A stretch of 64,000 bases of DNA from assembly GCA_965228895.1 (NCBI GenBank), contig OZ245842.1, forward strand, positions 3,712,001 through 3,776,000, read 5' to 3'. The notes beneath the pieces were generated by a model. That model did no database searches. It was not told the origin of the DNA and worked only from the letters and a program-made list of their open reading frames with translations. The stretch comes from Alphaproteobacteria bacterium. Lineage in GTDB: Bacteria; Pseudomonadota; Alphaproteobacteria; SP197. Each line of letters begins with the position of its first letter. Position 1 is the first letter of the stretch. This document shows, in pieces, positions 27,553 through 37,752 of this stretch. A program made the translations under genes and the position numbers.

Positions 27553-27779
27553 GCTTATGGCTTTCCACGTTGTGAAGTCGGGTGCGGCAGCGACGGAGGT
27601 CACGCGGTCGTGAGCGAGATGATGACCCGCGCGGATGGAGATATGGGGAGAGTTTAGGCGTGTGCCAGTGCCGGGCCAACCAGCGAGAAGGACAGGGCGT
27701 TTGAGAGCGGCATACGTGTGCTTGCCCGACGGTGCGAACTTGACCAAATATGCATGACGACGAACTTGACTGGTGAACC

Positions 27780-28811
27780 ATGACAACGAAGACAGCGGCT
27801 TCTGTGAATCCCGACACCCCCGCAACGCCGGACGTTCCCGGCACGCGCGGCCGCCTCACCTATGTGGCCCCGGGCGTCAAATCCTCGCTCTTCCGAACCG
27901 GTGACGTGCTGACGCGTCGCGACAAGGACGGCAGCGATGCCGGCACCGAAGGGTTGCTGACCGAAGAGCTGGAGGTTGTCATCCACGATGCGCGGCAACT
28001 GGATGATAGCAAACGCCGCACCATCGAGACCCATGGCTTCGAGATCCTGACCCGGCCCCTTACCGACCCCGACCTCGACTTCTACGATCACCGGCAGATC
28101 GTGACGGCCTATTACCCGGCGTGCGAGGCGATCATACGTAGTGAGACCGGTGCCCAACGCGTGTTTGCCTTTGACCACAACGTCCGTTCGGCCAGCGGCA
28201 AGGAAAGCAACAAACGCACCGCCGGCGGACAGCCGGTGCAGAACCCCATCCACATGGTGCATGGCGACTACACCCTGACCAGCGCACCGCAGCGGCTGCA
28301 TGATCTGGCAAAACCGCCAAGCGCCAACGACACCTTGCGAACGGTCCTGACCGAAGGCGAGACACTGCTCGATCCTCGTTGGGTGCAACATGCCGTGGAG
28401 GACAGCGGACGTTACGCGATCATCAATCTGTGGCGCAGCATCGCGCCCGAACCCGTCGCAACCCACCCGCTGGCATTATGCGACGGCCAAACGGTTCTAC
28501 CCGATGATCTCGTCGTTTTTGAGATTCACTATCACGACCGCATTGGCGAGAACTACTTCGCCAAGCACGCTCCACAGCATGGTTGGTGGTACTATCCGGC
28601 GGCCACCCGCGACGAGGCCGTGCTGATCAAACAATGGGACTCAGCCGGCGCGCTCGCCCGCTCTGGCGGTTCACACTCCGATGCCAGCGCCGGGGACGGC
28701 GATGCACCCTGCACGTTCAGCTTTCACACGGCGTTCAAGGACCCCAACACCCCGCCCGATGCACCAGACCGGCAAAGCATCGAAGTGCGTTGTGTCGTGC
28801 TCTATGACTAA
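27780..28811 (+). CDS. CmcJ/NvfI (AsaB-like) Fe(II)/2-oxoglutarate oxygenase-family protein
   Basis: FDHNVR, VHGDYT, IINLWR, PLALCDG, FHTAF and RQSIEVRC. Confidence 0.8.
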   Translation: MTTKTAASVNPDTPATPDVPGTRGRLTYVAPGVKSSLFRTGDVLTRRDKDGSDAGTEGLLTEELEVVIHDARQLDDSKRRTIETHGFEILTRPLTDPDLDFYDHRQIVTAYYPACEAIIRSETGAQRVFAFDHNVRSASGKESNKRTAGGQPVQNPIHMVHGDYTLTSAPQRLHDLAKPPSANDTLRTVLTEGETLLDPRWVQHAVEDSGRYAIINLWRSIAPEPVATHPLALCDGQTVLPDDLVVFEIHYHDRIGENYFAKHAPQHGWWYYPAATRDEAVLIKQWDSAGALARSGGSHSDASAGDGDAPCTFSFHTAFKDPNTPPDAPDRQSIEVRCVVLYD

Positions 28812-29092
28812 GCAGCAGCCTGCGCCCCATGACGCCCATGCCGCCGCGCTTGCGCGTGCCTCACAGCCTCTTGCAGGTTGAACAGGTATACCAAGCAAAT
28901 CCCAAAGCTACGTGACACATTCGTGTGCCTGGGCAACACCGGCATGACCGAAAGTCCGGCACGGCGCGTCACGCGACACCCAACACCCTGATCTAAAAGG
29001 ACCTTTAGGCGCAGAACACGGGGGTCTTGCTCGACTCCATGGAAATCCATCGAGGTTGGACGGGCAGCGACACGAAACAATCTTCTCGCTGT

Positions 29093-29473
29093 TCAGTCAC
29101 GGGCGATGATCGTCTTCTCGTAATCGATCTCGCCATCGGGCCCGATCAAAGTAATGTCGTCACCATCTAATGCGACGCTCCAGCAACCGTCATTTGACGG
29201 GAACGTCAGCTCGATACAAATCGTATCGTCGACGACGATCCACGTGCCGTCGTAAACGCCGTCGTCCCCTTTCATCGTGATGCTGCCGTCGGGTGCGAAG
29301 TACTCGGTGTACTCATCGCCACCCAGGACCGTGACAAGCAGCGTGCTACCTGCCACAGCCTGCTGGATCTCATCCCCGGAGAGTGTCTTTGCCTGTTCGG
29401 CCTGGGCGGCCGACAGTGCACCGAATGCGCAAAACATCGCCGACGCCAGCGCCATCCGTCTGTGTCTCATCAT
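29093..29473 (-). CDS. Hypothetical exported acidic protein
   Basis: Signal peptide ending AAQA; LSGDEI...EYFAPDG...GTW...D.IC beta-rich pattern. Confidence 0.55.
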   Translation of the reverse strand: MMRHRRMALASAMFCAFGALSAAQAEQAKTLSGDEIQQAVAGSTLLVTVLGGDEYTEYFAPDGSITMKGDDGVYDGTWIVVDDTICIELTFPSNDGCWSVALDGDDITLIGPDGEIDYEKTIIARD

Positions 29474-29631
29474 ACTCTTCGCGTCATCGCTTCTATGTCC
29501 GTCGAACCCGTCGTGCGTCTGACCCATGCTATGGGATCGGCACAAACGCGGTCAAACATCCGCACCACAAGGTTCTTACGGAAGAGGGCATCAGCGGGCG
29601 TCGTCGGATCGCGCTTTCCTGCTGGTGTATC

Positions 29632-29916
29632 TTACCCAGAGTCAGCACGCCAGAACTCCACATAAAACCGAACCGGCCCCACAGACGCAATGTGATGAGC
29701 CGTGTCAGGCATGACAACACCGTTCAGACCGGGTTCAAGTACCAGATCCTCTTGCGTCGAGGGAATAACGTAACGAAGGCGTCCAGACACAACATGAATG
29801 ACGCCCCAGACATCCGGCGACAGCTTGTGGTCTCTTAACAGGCCGGCCGGTACGGTGCTCTCGGTAAACTCCGGTGTCTGCTTATAGGGAGTCAGGCCAT
29901 CAGGCAGCGGTTGCAT
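29632..29916 (-). CDS. DUF1971 (YeaR/TehB N-terminal) cupin protein
   Basis: YKQTPEFTESTVPAGLLRDH, VWG.I.V.SG.L.Y and FYVEF. Confidence 0.8.
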   Translation of the reverse strand: MQPLPDGLTPYKQTPEFTESTVPAGLLRDHKLSPDVWGVIHVVSGRLRYVIPSTQEDLVLEPGLNGVVMPDTAHHIASVGPVRFYVEFWRADSG

Positions 29917-30388
29917 GCGTTTTGCTCCCTCTCAACAAACGAATGAAAATCATCACGTGGGTCACCAGCAGCAGCGGAACCAGAAAGGTCGGAATGAACC
30001 AAGTGGCGCCAAAATAGCCAACCGCCTCGGCTTGACGTAAGGCATTCAGCAAATCAACGAAACCGACGATGTTGAAGACCCAGATGAGTGGTGTCGCCAG
30101 ACGACTGCCCCAGTGCAAGAGGCCGAGTGCGATGATGGCAAGCACGGCAGAGAGCAGGTCACCGTAACCAGCGGTTTCCGCAAAGAACGCCGGCACGGCG
30201 CCGACGTTGAGGTTCGGCACGAGGAAGCTCAGCCCGATGTGGCGGAATGCGTGAGGCAAGATCAGGATCGTCAACGCCGTAGATGCTGACTTCGTCGACA
30301 GCCATGGCGCGGTGTACCAGACGGCGATCAGCGTGAACACCAGTAGGCTGAACAAGAACTGAAGTCCAAAGATGGCAACGGGATCCAT
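29900..30388 (-). CDS. Conserved membrane protein
   Basis: About five TMs; PHAFRHIG, GYGDL and WFIPTF.VP.L.VTH. Confidence 0.7.
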   Translation of the reverse strand: MDPVAIFGLQFLFSLLVFTLIAVWYTAPWLSTKSASTALTILILPHAFRHIGLSFLVPNLNVGAVPAFFAETAGYGDLLSAVLAIIALGLLHWGSRLATPLIWVFNIVGFVDLLNALRQAEAVGYFGATWFIPTFLVPLLLVTHVMIFIRLLRGSKTHATAA

Positions 30389-30412
30389 GGTTCATCTCCT
30401 TTTCGATCGTAG

Positions 30413-31090
30413 CTAGCTGACGATCTGAGCCGGGTCGCTCGCAGCCGGGCTAATGCCGCGTTTCAACGCATCGGCGAACGCGTGATTGCGGCTCCGGTGA
30501 CCGGCTTCGTCTTCGCGCACGACGAGCACAACATCGCGCAGGGTCGCATCGGGAGCCAGGCCCCAGTAATCAACGGCAATTGACGGCGCTGGCACATTGG
30601 CCTGAACGCCCGCGTCAATCTGCTCGAGGAAGTGAGTGTAGCTGGCGACGGCTTCTTCCTCAAAGTAGCCGACGATCCGGTGCGCGGTCTTGGGCGCCGT
30701 CAGATAGAGGAAGAAGTAGACATTATAGAACATCGCCTGGGTGGTCATGATGACCATCCTTTCGACGAGTGTTGGTTGCGCAATCTGAACGAAGGTCATC
30801 AGGTGCATTCGTTCGTTTTCTGCTTCGGCCAGAAGCTCACGGACCCAACCTTCATCATCACGGATGTTCCGCAGCGCCTTCAGGTGCTGCAACAGCCCGC
30901 CGACCATGCCGGGAACGGCGGCGACCGTCTCCAGCACAACGGCGCGGTGACCGTATCGATCGGCAAAAAATCGGTCGGCGACGAAGCGCAGCACCTTCAC
31001 AAATCCAAGCGCGATCCTGTCGCTGGCGTCTTCCGGCGCTCTGTGGGCCTCGCCGGTGTCGATTGAATCCTGCATGTTGATGTCGGACAT
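30413..31090 (-). CDS. aox: Alternative oxidase (di-iron ubiquinol oxidase)
   Basis: LETVAAVPGM, EAENERMHL, YFEEEA and REDEAGH; GGGAGA RBS. Confidence 0.93.
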   Translation of the reverse strand: MSDINMQDSIDTGEAHRAPEDASDRIALGFVKVLRFVADRFFADRYGHRAVVLETVAAVPGMVGGLLQHLKALRNIRDDEGWVRELLAEAENERMHLMTFVQIAQPTLVERMVIMTTQAMFYNVYFFLYLTAPKTAHRIVGYFEEEAVASYTHFLEQIDAGVQANVPAPSIAVDYWGLAPDATLRDVVLVVREDEAGHRSRNHAFADALKRGISPAASDPAQIVS

Positions 31091-31119
31091 GATGCTCTCC
31101 CTTGTGTGCGAAAGACGTG

Positions 31120-31761
31120 TCAGTGAGCAACGGTGAAACGCGCGTTTTTGTGACGGGGCGATTCGGCCTCGTCGATGATCGCGGCGGCAAAATCCTCCAT
31201 GGAGATGGCTGAGTTTCCGTCGGCATCGACCAGCAGAGTGTCGGCGCCGACGCGGTATTGACCGGTGCGATCGCCAGGCATCAACAGTGCGGGCGGACAG
31301 ACATAGGACCAATCCGCGCAGTTTCCTGCCGAAATGAGGTCATACTGCGACTGACAGGCCGTTGCGATCGGCACGACGGCTTCGGGGAGAAAACCGGGTG
31401 CGGTCAGAACGGTATCGCCGCTTTGATCCGGCATCTTCAGGCTCGCCGCGCCGCCGACCACGAGGATGCGCACCGAGGCCCGCGCCGCGGCGTCCAACAG
31501 AGACTGTGTCAGCGGTACGAGCGCATGTTCCCGACCGTCGGGCGGCCTGACGGCGCTTATCGCCAGGTCGTGACCCGCCATCAAGCGGGCGGCCGCGTCG
31601 GTATCCAAGGCATCCGCTACACGCGTGGTCACTGGTGCCGGCAAGAGGTTCGCCTGCGCCGCGTCTCTCACGACGCCTGTAACGCTGTGGTCGCGCGCAA
31701 GCGCCTCCGCGATGACGCGGCTGCCGACGTCGCCTCTTGCGCCAAAAACGATGATCTTCAT
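31120..31761 (-). CDS. NAD(P)H-binding oxidoreductase (flavin reductase-like)
   Basis: IVFGARGDVG, VVGGAASL and ISMEDFAAA. Confidence 0.88.
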   Translation of the reverse strand: MKIIVFGARGDVGSRVIAEALARDHSVTGVVRDAAQANLLPAPVTTRVADALDTDAAARLMAGHDLAISAVRPPDGREHALVPLTQSLLDAAARASVRILVVGGAASLKMPDQSGDTVLTAPGFLPEAVVPIATACQSQYDLISAGNCADWSYVCPPALLMPGDRTGQYRVGADTLLVDADGNSAISMEDFAAAIIDEAESPRHKNARFTVAH

Positions 31762-31836
31762 GACTGCAAACTCCAACCTAATCAGTTCAGGTTTGCCGGC
31801 GCGACAGGCACGCCGCGCCGGCGCTATGCGGGCGGC

Positions 31837-32643
31837 CTAACCCGTGACCGCCGCGAGATAACGATCGAACGAGGCGTCGACCGCCGCGCGTCCGTCGCCG
31901 ATGATGTTGAGACCCCATGTGTAGCCAAACACATCCTCGAAGGCGTATTCGGCTAGGCGCGAGCGCATCGCGATCACGTCGCTTGTGCGCATCGGGATGA
32001 TGTTGGGGTAGCTGTACATGAATGAGACGTGACGGCGGTCGCGCACCACCTGCAGCGCATCGCCGGAGAAAAGCGCACCGCCTGCCCTCGGCCCATCCGC
32101 CCAGTGAAGCACCGTGCTTCCAGCGAAGTGCCCGCCGGCGCGAACCAATGTCACGCTGTCAGAAATCTTGTGGTCGTCGCCGCTCCAATACGTGATGGAC
32201 GGATGGGGCCGCTGGACCCATTGCCGGTCGGCTTCGTGAAGGACGATAGGAACCCCACCGAACGCATCGCTCCATTCACCCATCGACGAATAGAAATGCG
32301 GGTGTGAGATGATGATCCGATCAAGGCCTCCTTGCGCCTCGATGACGCCGACCGCCTCATCGGTGACGAGCGGGACACATTCCCAAAGGATGTTGCCGGC
32401 GTCCGTCTTGAGCAAGACCGCCCGCTGGTCGATGGCGAAGCCGGGCGTCAGGCCGAATGCCGTCAGGCTCTCTTCGGCCTCGATGCGTTGCACGTGCGTG
32501 TCGGCAAGATCGTCATGGCTTGTCCAACGCTGGCCGGTCCAGCCGACGTACTGACGTTCGTCGTCGCAAACCGCGCAGTGACCGGGTGGATGGTCGGTGT
32601 CGGCGTGCTGGGTGCCGCAGGTCTCGCAAATGAAATTTGTCAT
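31837..32643 (-). CDS. Metallo-beta-lactamase-fold hydrolase
   Basis: CETCG/CAVC N-terminus, ISHPHFY, GGHFAGS and SGD. Confidence 0.85.
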   Translation of the reverse strand: MTNFICETCGTQHADTDHPPGHCAVCDDERQYVGWTGQRWTSHDDLADTHVQRIEAEESLTAFGLTPGFAIDQRAVLLKTDAGNILWECVPLVTDEAVGVIEAQGGLDRIIISHPHFYSSMGEWSDAFGGVPIVLHEADRQWVQRPHPSITYWSGDDHKISDSVTLVRAGGHFAGSTVLHWADGPRAGGALFSGDALQVVRDRRHVSFMYSYPNIIPMRTSDVIAMRSRLAEYAFEDVFGYTWGLNIIGDGRAAVDASFDRYLAAVTG

Positions 32644-32803
32644 GATCGTCACCTTCCTCGTTGCGCTCTCGATTGCTCCGGTCGGCGTCTGAAAGAAGGA
32701 CCTGTGTCGTCAGCGCCGATGTTCGACGCCAGATGTAATTGCTTGCCTTGAAGTTGGGAATGAGCGAAAAAGTAGATAGATCATTCACCAACAGTGAATA
32801 ATT

Positions 32804-33718
32804 ATGGATCGCTTGACCGCTCTGAACGTCTTTCGCAACGTGGTGGACGCGGGAAGTTTCGCGGCAGCATCGCGCCGACTCGGCCTCTCTCCCGCCGCTG
32901 TCAGCAAGAACATCGGTGAGTTGGAGACGTTTCTCGCCGTCCGCCTGCTGAACCGTACGACCCGGCGGATGAGCCTGACCGAGGCCGGTTCGCTCTATTA
33001 CGATCGCATTGTGCGCGTGCTCAACGACCTGAACGATGCCGATGGCGCCCTGGGTGCCATGCAGCAGGCGCCGAAGGGGACCTTGCGCGTGAGCGCGCCG
33101 ATGACGGTCACCCTGACATGCTTATCCGCCCGCATTCCCGCGTTTCTGGACCGATATGCCGAGCTCGTCCTTGATCTCAGGCTGGACGACCGGCGGGTCG
33201 ACATTGTCCAGGAAGGTTTCGACATGGCGATCCGCGGCAGCGATAACCTCGAGGACTCAAGCCTCATTGCCAGGAAACTGATGACGATGACGCACGTCCT
33301 TTGTGGCGCACCATCTTATCTCGAACGTTTCGGCCAACCGGCATCGCCAGAGGCCGTCGCCGACCACACCTGCATTCAGTTCCCGTTCTCCGATCACGCC
33401 GATGTCTGGACGTTTCGCAACGCCACCCGTTCGGTAAGCGTGCCGATCGACGGCCAATACAAGGTGACGTCGAGCCTTGCCGTGCGAGACGCACTGAGGG
33501 CAGGTTTCGGCCTCAGTCTGATTCCTTGGATCTATGTCAGGCACGACCTGGAAGCCGGCCGCCTGCACACCGTCTTAGACGCGTGGTCCGTGGACGAGAC
33601 AACCCTTTATGCCGTTTATCCATCAAAGAGCTACCTGGTCCCGAAAGTGCGCCTGTTTCTTGATTTCGTGGCCGAGCAGTTCGCCGATGAAATGACCGCG
33701 AGCGCCCTTCCCCAATAG
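32804..33718 (+). CDS. LysR-family regulator (CrgA-like)
   Basis: MDRLTALNVF...GSFAAAS...LLNRTTRRMSLTEAG. Confidence 0.92.
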   Translation: MDRLTALNVFRNVVDAGSFAAASRRLGLSPAAVSKNIGELETFLAVRLLNRTTRRMSLTEAGSLYYDRIVRVLNDLNDADGALGAMQQAPKGTLRVSAPMTVTLTCLSARIPAFLDRYAELVLDLRLDDRRVDIVQEGFDMAIRGSDNLEDSSLIARKLMTMTHVLCGAPSYLERFGQPASPEAVADHTCIQFPFSDHADVWTFRNATRSVSVPIDGQYKVTSSLAVRDALRAGFGLSLIPWIYVRHDLEAGRLHTVLDAWSVDETTLYAVYPSKSYLVPKVRLFLDFVAEQFADEMTASALPQ

Positions 33719-33748
33719 GCGGCCGTGTTCGCGCCGTCGCGACCGTGC

Positions 33749-35005
33749 TCAAAAAAAGATGAACGCGCGCACCACGACATTCTTGCGGCAGCGCGCGTCG
33801 GCGGGCGCGGTCGGGTCGATGCAGGCGGAATGAAACGACCAGCGTGAGACCGAACCGTCAGTGACGGAATCGTAACACTTCAACATCGACACTTCGGTCG
33901 GCGTCTGCTGGGGAATCCAATACCACTCGTGGTCGGGCCGATAGGTGAAGCGCGTCGTCTCACCGACCCTGTCGTCATAGATCCGGTAGTTGTTGATATA
34001 GGACTGGTCGGCAAAGGACGGCCAGGCGGCCAGCACAAACGGGTACTGTTCCACCGTCTCCATGGGTTTGGCGAGATTGATCGACATGAAGCGGCGCGCC
34101 ATCTTTGCGTCGGCCTCGGCCTCCGTGTAGTGCTGCTCGCGCCCGAAGTTCCTCAAGTTCTGCGTCAAAAGCTCGCGGCAGCGCACACGCCCGCTGTTGT
34201 CATTCAGATCGTTGTGCACCAGGTTGACATAGCTCGCATTGACGCCCGGGTTCTTGGCAGCCTGGTCTTCCGTTCGGTCGCCTGCATAATCCTTGTCGAA
34301 GACGTCGTGGTTATAGACCAGCGCATCGGTCGCGCCGGGGAAGAAGCCGAGCATCAGCTTTTCCATCTCCGGATAGAAAACGCGCTCGACCTCGGCGGCG
34401 TCATAGAAGTTCGCGCACGCGGACTCATGATGCGCCAAGGCGACGCCGAGCCTGTCCATGCATTCGGGGCTTTCGGGCGAAAGCCCGGGGTAGTAGTCGC
34501 CGATGCGCCGGGCATCGCGCAGGACTTGCGGGAAATAGAGACTGCGCCGCGCAAGGTCATCCTCGGCCTGGCGCAACAAAGCCTGCTCGGCCGCGCGCGT
34601 GGGGTCCTGCCACAGCGCATTGGACGAGACGACAACATAGGACGGCTCTTCGAGCACCGTATAACGCAGCGGCAGCACCACGCCGCCCTCCGGCGCTTCG
34701 ATCCCCTTCTCGCGGATGTAGGCAACGCACGCGTCGTAATCGCGGAACCCGAGTCCCCATTCGGTCTTGATTGGGCCGGGCGGCGCGTTGTCGACCATGT
34801 CGACAAACGCCCGGACCTTGCCCTCGGCGATCTGGGCCAGCGCCGCATCGAGCGCCGCGCCGGTTCCCGCATCGCCGTTCCGCTCAAAGGACATGAACGA
34901 CCAGCCGTCGTTCGCCGCGATGGGCGGCGCCTGCCCTGCCGTCAGTTCCAGCGACGGCACAAAGCCCGCTGATCCGTTACCCGTGCTGTGTTCTTGCCTT
35001 TCCAT
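33749..35005 (-). CDS. CmcJ/NvfI-like oxygenase with extended N-terminal region
   Basis: YNHDV, VHNDL, HEWYWIPQQTPTEV..LKCYDS, FHSAC and RKNVVVRA. Confidence 0.7.
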   Translation of the reverse strand: MERQEHSTGNGSAGFVPSLELTAGQAPPIAANDGWSFMSFERNGDAGTGAALDAALAQIAEGKVRAFVDMVDNAPPGPIKTEWGLGFRDYDACVAYIREKGIEAPEGGVVLPLRYTVLEEPSYVVVSSNALWQDPTRAAEQALLRQAEDDLARRSLYFPQVLRDARRIGDYYPGLSPESPECMDRLGVALAHHESACANFYDAAEVERVFYPEMEKLMLGFFPGATDALVYNHDVFDKDYAGDRTEDQAAKNPGVNASYVNLVHNDLNDNSGRVRCRELLTQNLRNFGREQHYTEAEADAKMARRFMSINLAKPMETVEQYPFVLAAWPSFADQSYINNYRIYDDRVGETTRFTYRPDHEWYWIPQQTPTEVSMLKCYDSVTDGSVSRWSFHSACIDPTAPADARCRKNVVVRAFIFF

Positions 35006-35240
35006 AGCGTGCCTCCGATGAAACACGGGCGATTCTGGTATCAATCACCCGTACTTTCTGGGGGTGGTCTCGGCTGGTCACGCGGCTCGGCGGAAGCCCG
35101 TCCATTGTTCAAATCGTTGCAACAGAGCGTTTCTGCGTCAATAGCTACCGGCGAGGGAGGCAGTCACTTATCGTTTGGCGGCATGTTCGACCACGTTTCG
35201 CCGTCGCCGGGCGTCACATGAGCAGGGACGAGGCCAGGAA

Positions 35241-35696
35241 ATGACCGACCACAAACCCACGGGCGGATGCATGTGTGGGGCCGTGCGCTACGAGCTCGAC
35301 GGCACGCCGACATGGAACGTCTACTGCCACTGCCGCAGCTGCCGCAAACACACTGGCGCACCGGTCAGCGTTCTCGTGACCTGCGTGCCCGAGCAGGTCC
35401 GCTGGACCGAGGGAAACCGCGTCTTTTACGAATCCTCACCCGGCCGCTACCGCGCGTTCTGCCGCGATTGTGGGACGTCGCTGACCTGGGAGGCAGAGGT
35501 GAAGGGCAACGCTTGGCTGGGCATCCACGTCAGCACGCTCGATCACCCGGAAGACTTCCAGCCGGTCGAGCACGTCTTCCACAGTCACGCGATTGCCTGG
35601 TTCGACACGAACGACGATCTGCCGCGCCACAAGGATACAAAGTTCGCCGAGTTTGGCGTGCGCGAGCCGGGCTGGCGCGAACAAACACCCGCTTAA
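35241..35696 (+). CDS. GFA/CENP-V family Zn-binding protein
   Basis: GGCMCGAVRY, CHCRSCRK and FCRDCGT. Confidence 0.9.
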   Translation: MTDHKPTGGCMCGAVRYELDGTPTWNVYCHCRSCRKHTGAPVSVLVTCVPEQVRWTEGNRVFYESSPGRYRAFCRDCGTSLTWEAEVKGNAWLGIHVSTLDHPEDFQPVEHVFHSHAIAWFDTNDDLPRHKDTKFAEFGVREPGWREQTPA

Positions 35697-35731
35697 GACC
35701 GGCGAAAGAACGGCATCGCATTTATGCGACG

Positions 35732-36403
35732 TCAGGTATCCGGGAAATCGGATGCACGCTTCATGATGTCCTTGGATCGTGAGGGAAAGATCAACGACAA
35801 CACGGTCCCCACCGCCAGTCGTGCATCCTTGGGCGTCAGATAGTCCGGAGAATAGTAGAGCCGGCTCCACATGCCGTCGGTCATGGTCTCCAGCGTATGG
35901 GCGACAGTCTTGGGCGTCCAAACCGTGCCTGAAAGCAGGTCCTTCGCATCCTTGCAAAGCGACATCTGAACTTCCTGCCGCTCGGCGTCGAATCGTTCCG
36001 ACATTTCAGCCAGGCTGACGTTCCTCGAAGCCTCGCTCCAGAGCGAATTCCAGAACGTCAAGTTCTGACGCTCCATGTATTCGGGCGCCAATGCCGCGAA
36101 GACCAACGCCATGATCCGATCGACCGGATCCGGACCGGCCGACGACAAGGCATCCATCCAAAACGTCCTGTATTCTTCCAAACGATGGCGAAACGCTTCT
36201 ACCAGCAAGGTGTCCTTGCTCTTGAAGTAGAAGACGGCGGTGCCTTGGGACAGGCCCGAAGCCTTGGCAACCGTCGCCAGTGTCGTCGCCGAAAGTCCGT
36301 GTTCGACAATGGACTCAATGGCAGCGTCCATCAGCTGCTTGCGCCGTCGATTGGCGTTTTCGGTGTTCTCGCCTTTCGGCCTGCCCACGCGCGTTTTTGT
36401 CAT
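35732..36403 (-). CDS. TetR-family regulator (BetI-like)
   Basis: RRKQLMDAAIESIVEHGLSATTLATVAKASGLSQG...YFKSK; start 36403 or 36421. Confidence 0.9.
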   Translation of the reverse strand: MTKTRVGRPKGENTENANRRRKQLMDAAIESIVEHGLSATTLATVAKASGLSQGTAVFYFKSKDTLLVEAFRHRLEEYRTFWMDALSSAGPDPVDRIMALVFAALAPEYMERQNLTFWNSLWSEASRNVSLAEMSERFDAERQEVQMSLCKDAKDLLSGTVWTPKTVAHTLETMTDGMWSRLYYSPDYLTPKDARLAVGTVLSLIFPSRSKDIMKRASDFPDT

Positions 36404-36514
36404 GGCAGCATTCAGTTCCAATCACGACGGGGCGGTTACGGGGGGACGATCACCCAGAACCGCTATCGTCTCCAAAGACACTACCAGACATGGCCAATGT
36501 CCCGGAGATAATAT

Positions 36515-36536
36515 TTTTGATTGAGCGCTCAAATAA
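36515..36536. promoter_or_regulatory. Candidate BetI-like TetR operator (TTGAGCGCTCAA palindrome)
   Basis: Perfect 12-bp palindrome at 36521-36532 in the AT-rich spacer between the TetR and binding-protein genes. Confidence 0.6.
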
Positions 36537-36621
36537 ATTATGTGACCTTTGTTTTTGAGTGATCCTGGGCTTGGGATCCGTTCTCGATTTCAGAATTTGC
36601 CAAGAAAGGGAGGCACAATCG

Positions 36622-37752
36622 ATGTCAAGTGAGAGAGCATCTATTGATGACATGATCGAAAAAGCGCGGGCAGGCAAACTTTCTCGCCGCCAATTCAGTC
36701 AGTTGCTCAGCGCCACGGGCGTTTCAATTCTTACGGTGCCCGCTTTCGCGCGGCCGGCGGCAGCCGATGGTGAAGAGGCGTTCTACTTTACCTGGGGTGG
36801 CTACGACATTCCTGAGCTCTTGGGCGAGTACTACGAAAAACATGGCGCCTACCCCGACATGGCGCCTTATGCCAGCAGCAACGATGGCCTCGCCAAGGTC
36901 CGCTCCGGCTTTGTGGTCGATGTTCTGCATCCCTGCAATGCGAATGCCCCGAACTGGGTCAATGCCGGCGTCGTCCAGCCGATCGACACGTCGAAACTGT
37001 CGCACTGGGACGATGTGATCCCGTCCATGAAGACCATCGCGGTTGCCGATGGGGAGACGTACTTTGCCCCCATGGACTGGGGCCAGACCTCGGTCACCTA
37101 TCGCACCGACCTTGTGGATTTCCCGGACGGCGAGGAATCCTGGAGCGTCCTGTGGGACGAGCGCTACAAGCAGAAGATATCCATGATCGGCAACGAGGGT
37201 GACACCTGGTGGTGCGCGGCGATCTATGCCGGCGTGCCGTTCGACCAGATCGAGACCGAGGAGAGCATCGAGAAGGTCGCGACCCTGTTGCGTGAGCAGC
37301 TGCCGCTGGTGCGCATGTACACCGATGACATGACCAGCGTGGAACAGGCCCTGGCGGCCGGCGAACTGGTTGCCGCCATGACCTGGAACAGTTCGGCCGT
37401 CGCGCTGAAGGCCGAAGGTGTGCCTGTGGCTTTTGCGGCGCCGAAAGAAGGTGCCCTGACATGGGTCTGCGGTGCCATGATCTCCGTTGGTGCGCCCCAT
37501 GTGGACAAGGCCCACGATGTGATCAATTCCCTGCTCAGTCCGGAATCCGGCCGCTTCCTCATCAACGACTACGGTTATGGCCATTCCAACCGAAAGTCCT
37601 TTGATCTGGTCAGTGAGGAACGGCTCGAGGAACTGGGCTTGAGCCGCAATCCCGATGAGATACTCGGCGCGGGCAAGTACCAGATCCCGACATCGGATGA
37701 GTTCACCAGCCGAATTGCCACGCTCTATGCGGAGATCCTGGCGGGCTACTAA
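36622..37752 (+). CDS. PotD/PotF-like ABC substrate-binding protein (Tat-exported)
   Basis: SRRQF Tat motif, FTWGGYD, PMDWGQT, SWSVLWD and PKEGALTW. Confidence 0.88.
   Translation: MSSERASIDDMIEKARAGKLSRRQFSQLLSATGVSILTVPAFARPAAADGEEAFYFTWGGYDIPELLGEYYEKHGAYPDMAPYASSNDGLAKVRSGFVVDVLHPCNANAPNWVNAGVVQPIDTSKLSHWDDVIPSMKTIAVADGETYFAPMDWGQTSVTYRTDLVDFPDGEESWSVLWDERYKQKISMIGNEGDTWWCAAIYAGVPFDQIETEESIEKVATLLREQLPLVRMYTDDMTSVEQALAAGELVAAMTWNSSAVALKAEGVPVAFAAPKEGALTWVCGAMISVGAPHVDKAHDVINSLLSPESGRFLINDYGYGHSNRKSFDLVSEERLEELGLSRNPDEILGAGKYQIPTSDEFTSRIATLYAEILAGY

Noticed and set aside
27735-27770. Direct repeat CGAACTTGAC x2 upstream of the CmcJ-like gene
   Set aside because: Only two 10-bp copies; could be a regulator site, but chance cannot be excluded.
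28812-29092. Intergenic stretch with a small hairpin (CTAAAAGGACCTTTAG) and a TCGACTCC resembling a tRNA T-arm or att site
   Set aside because: No cloverleaf, no GTTC, no integrase and no second copy seen.
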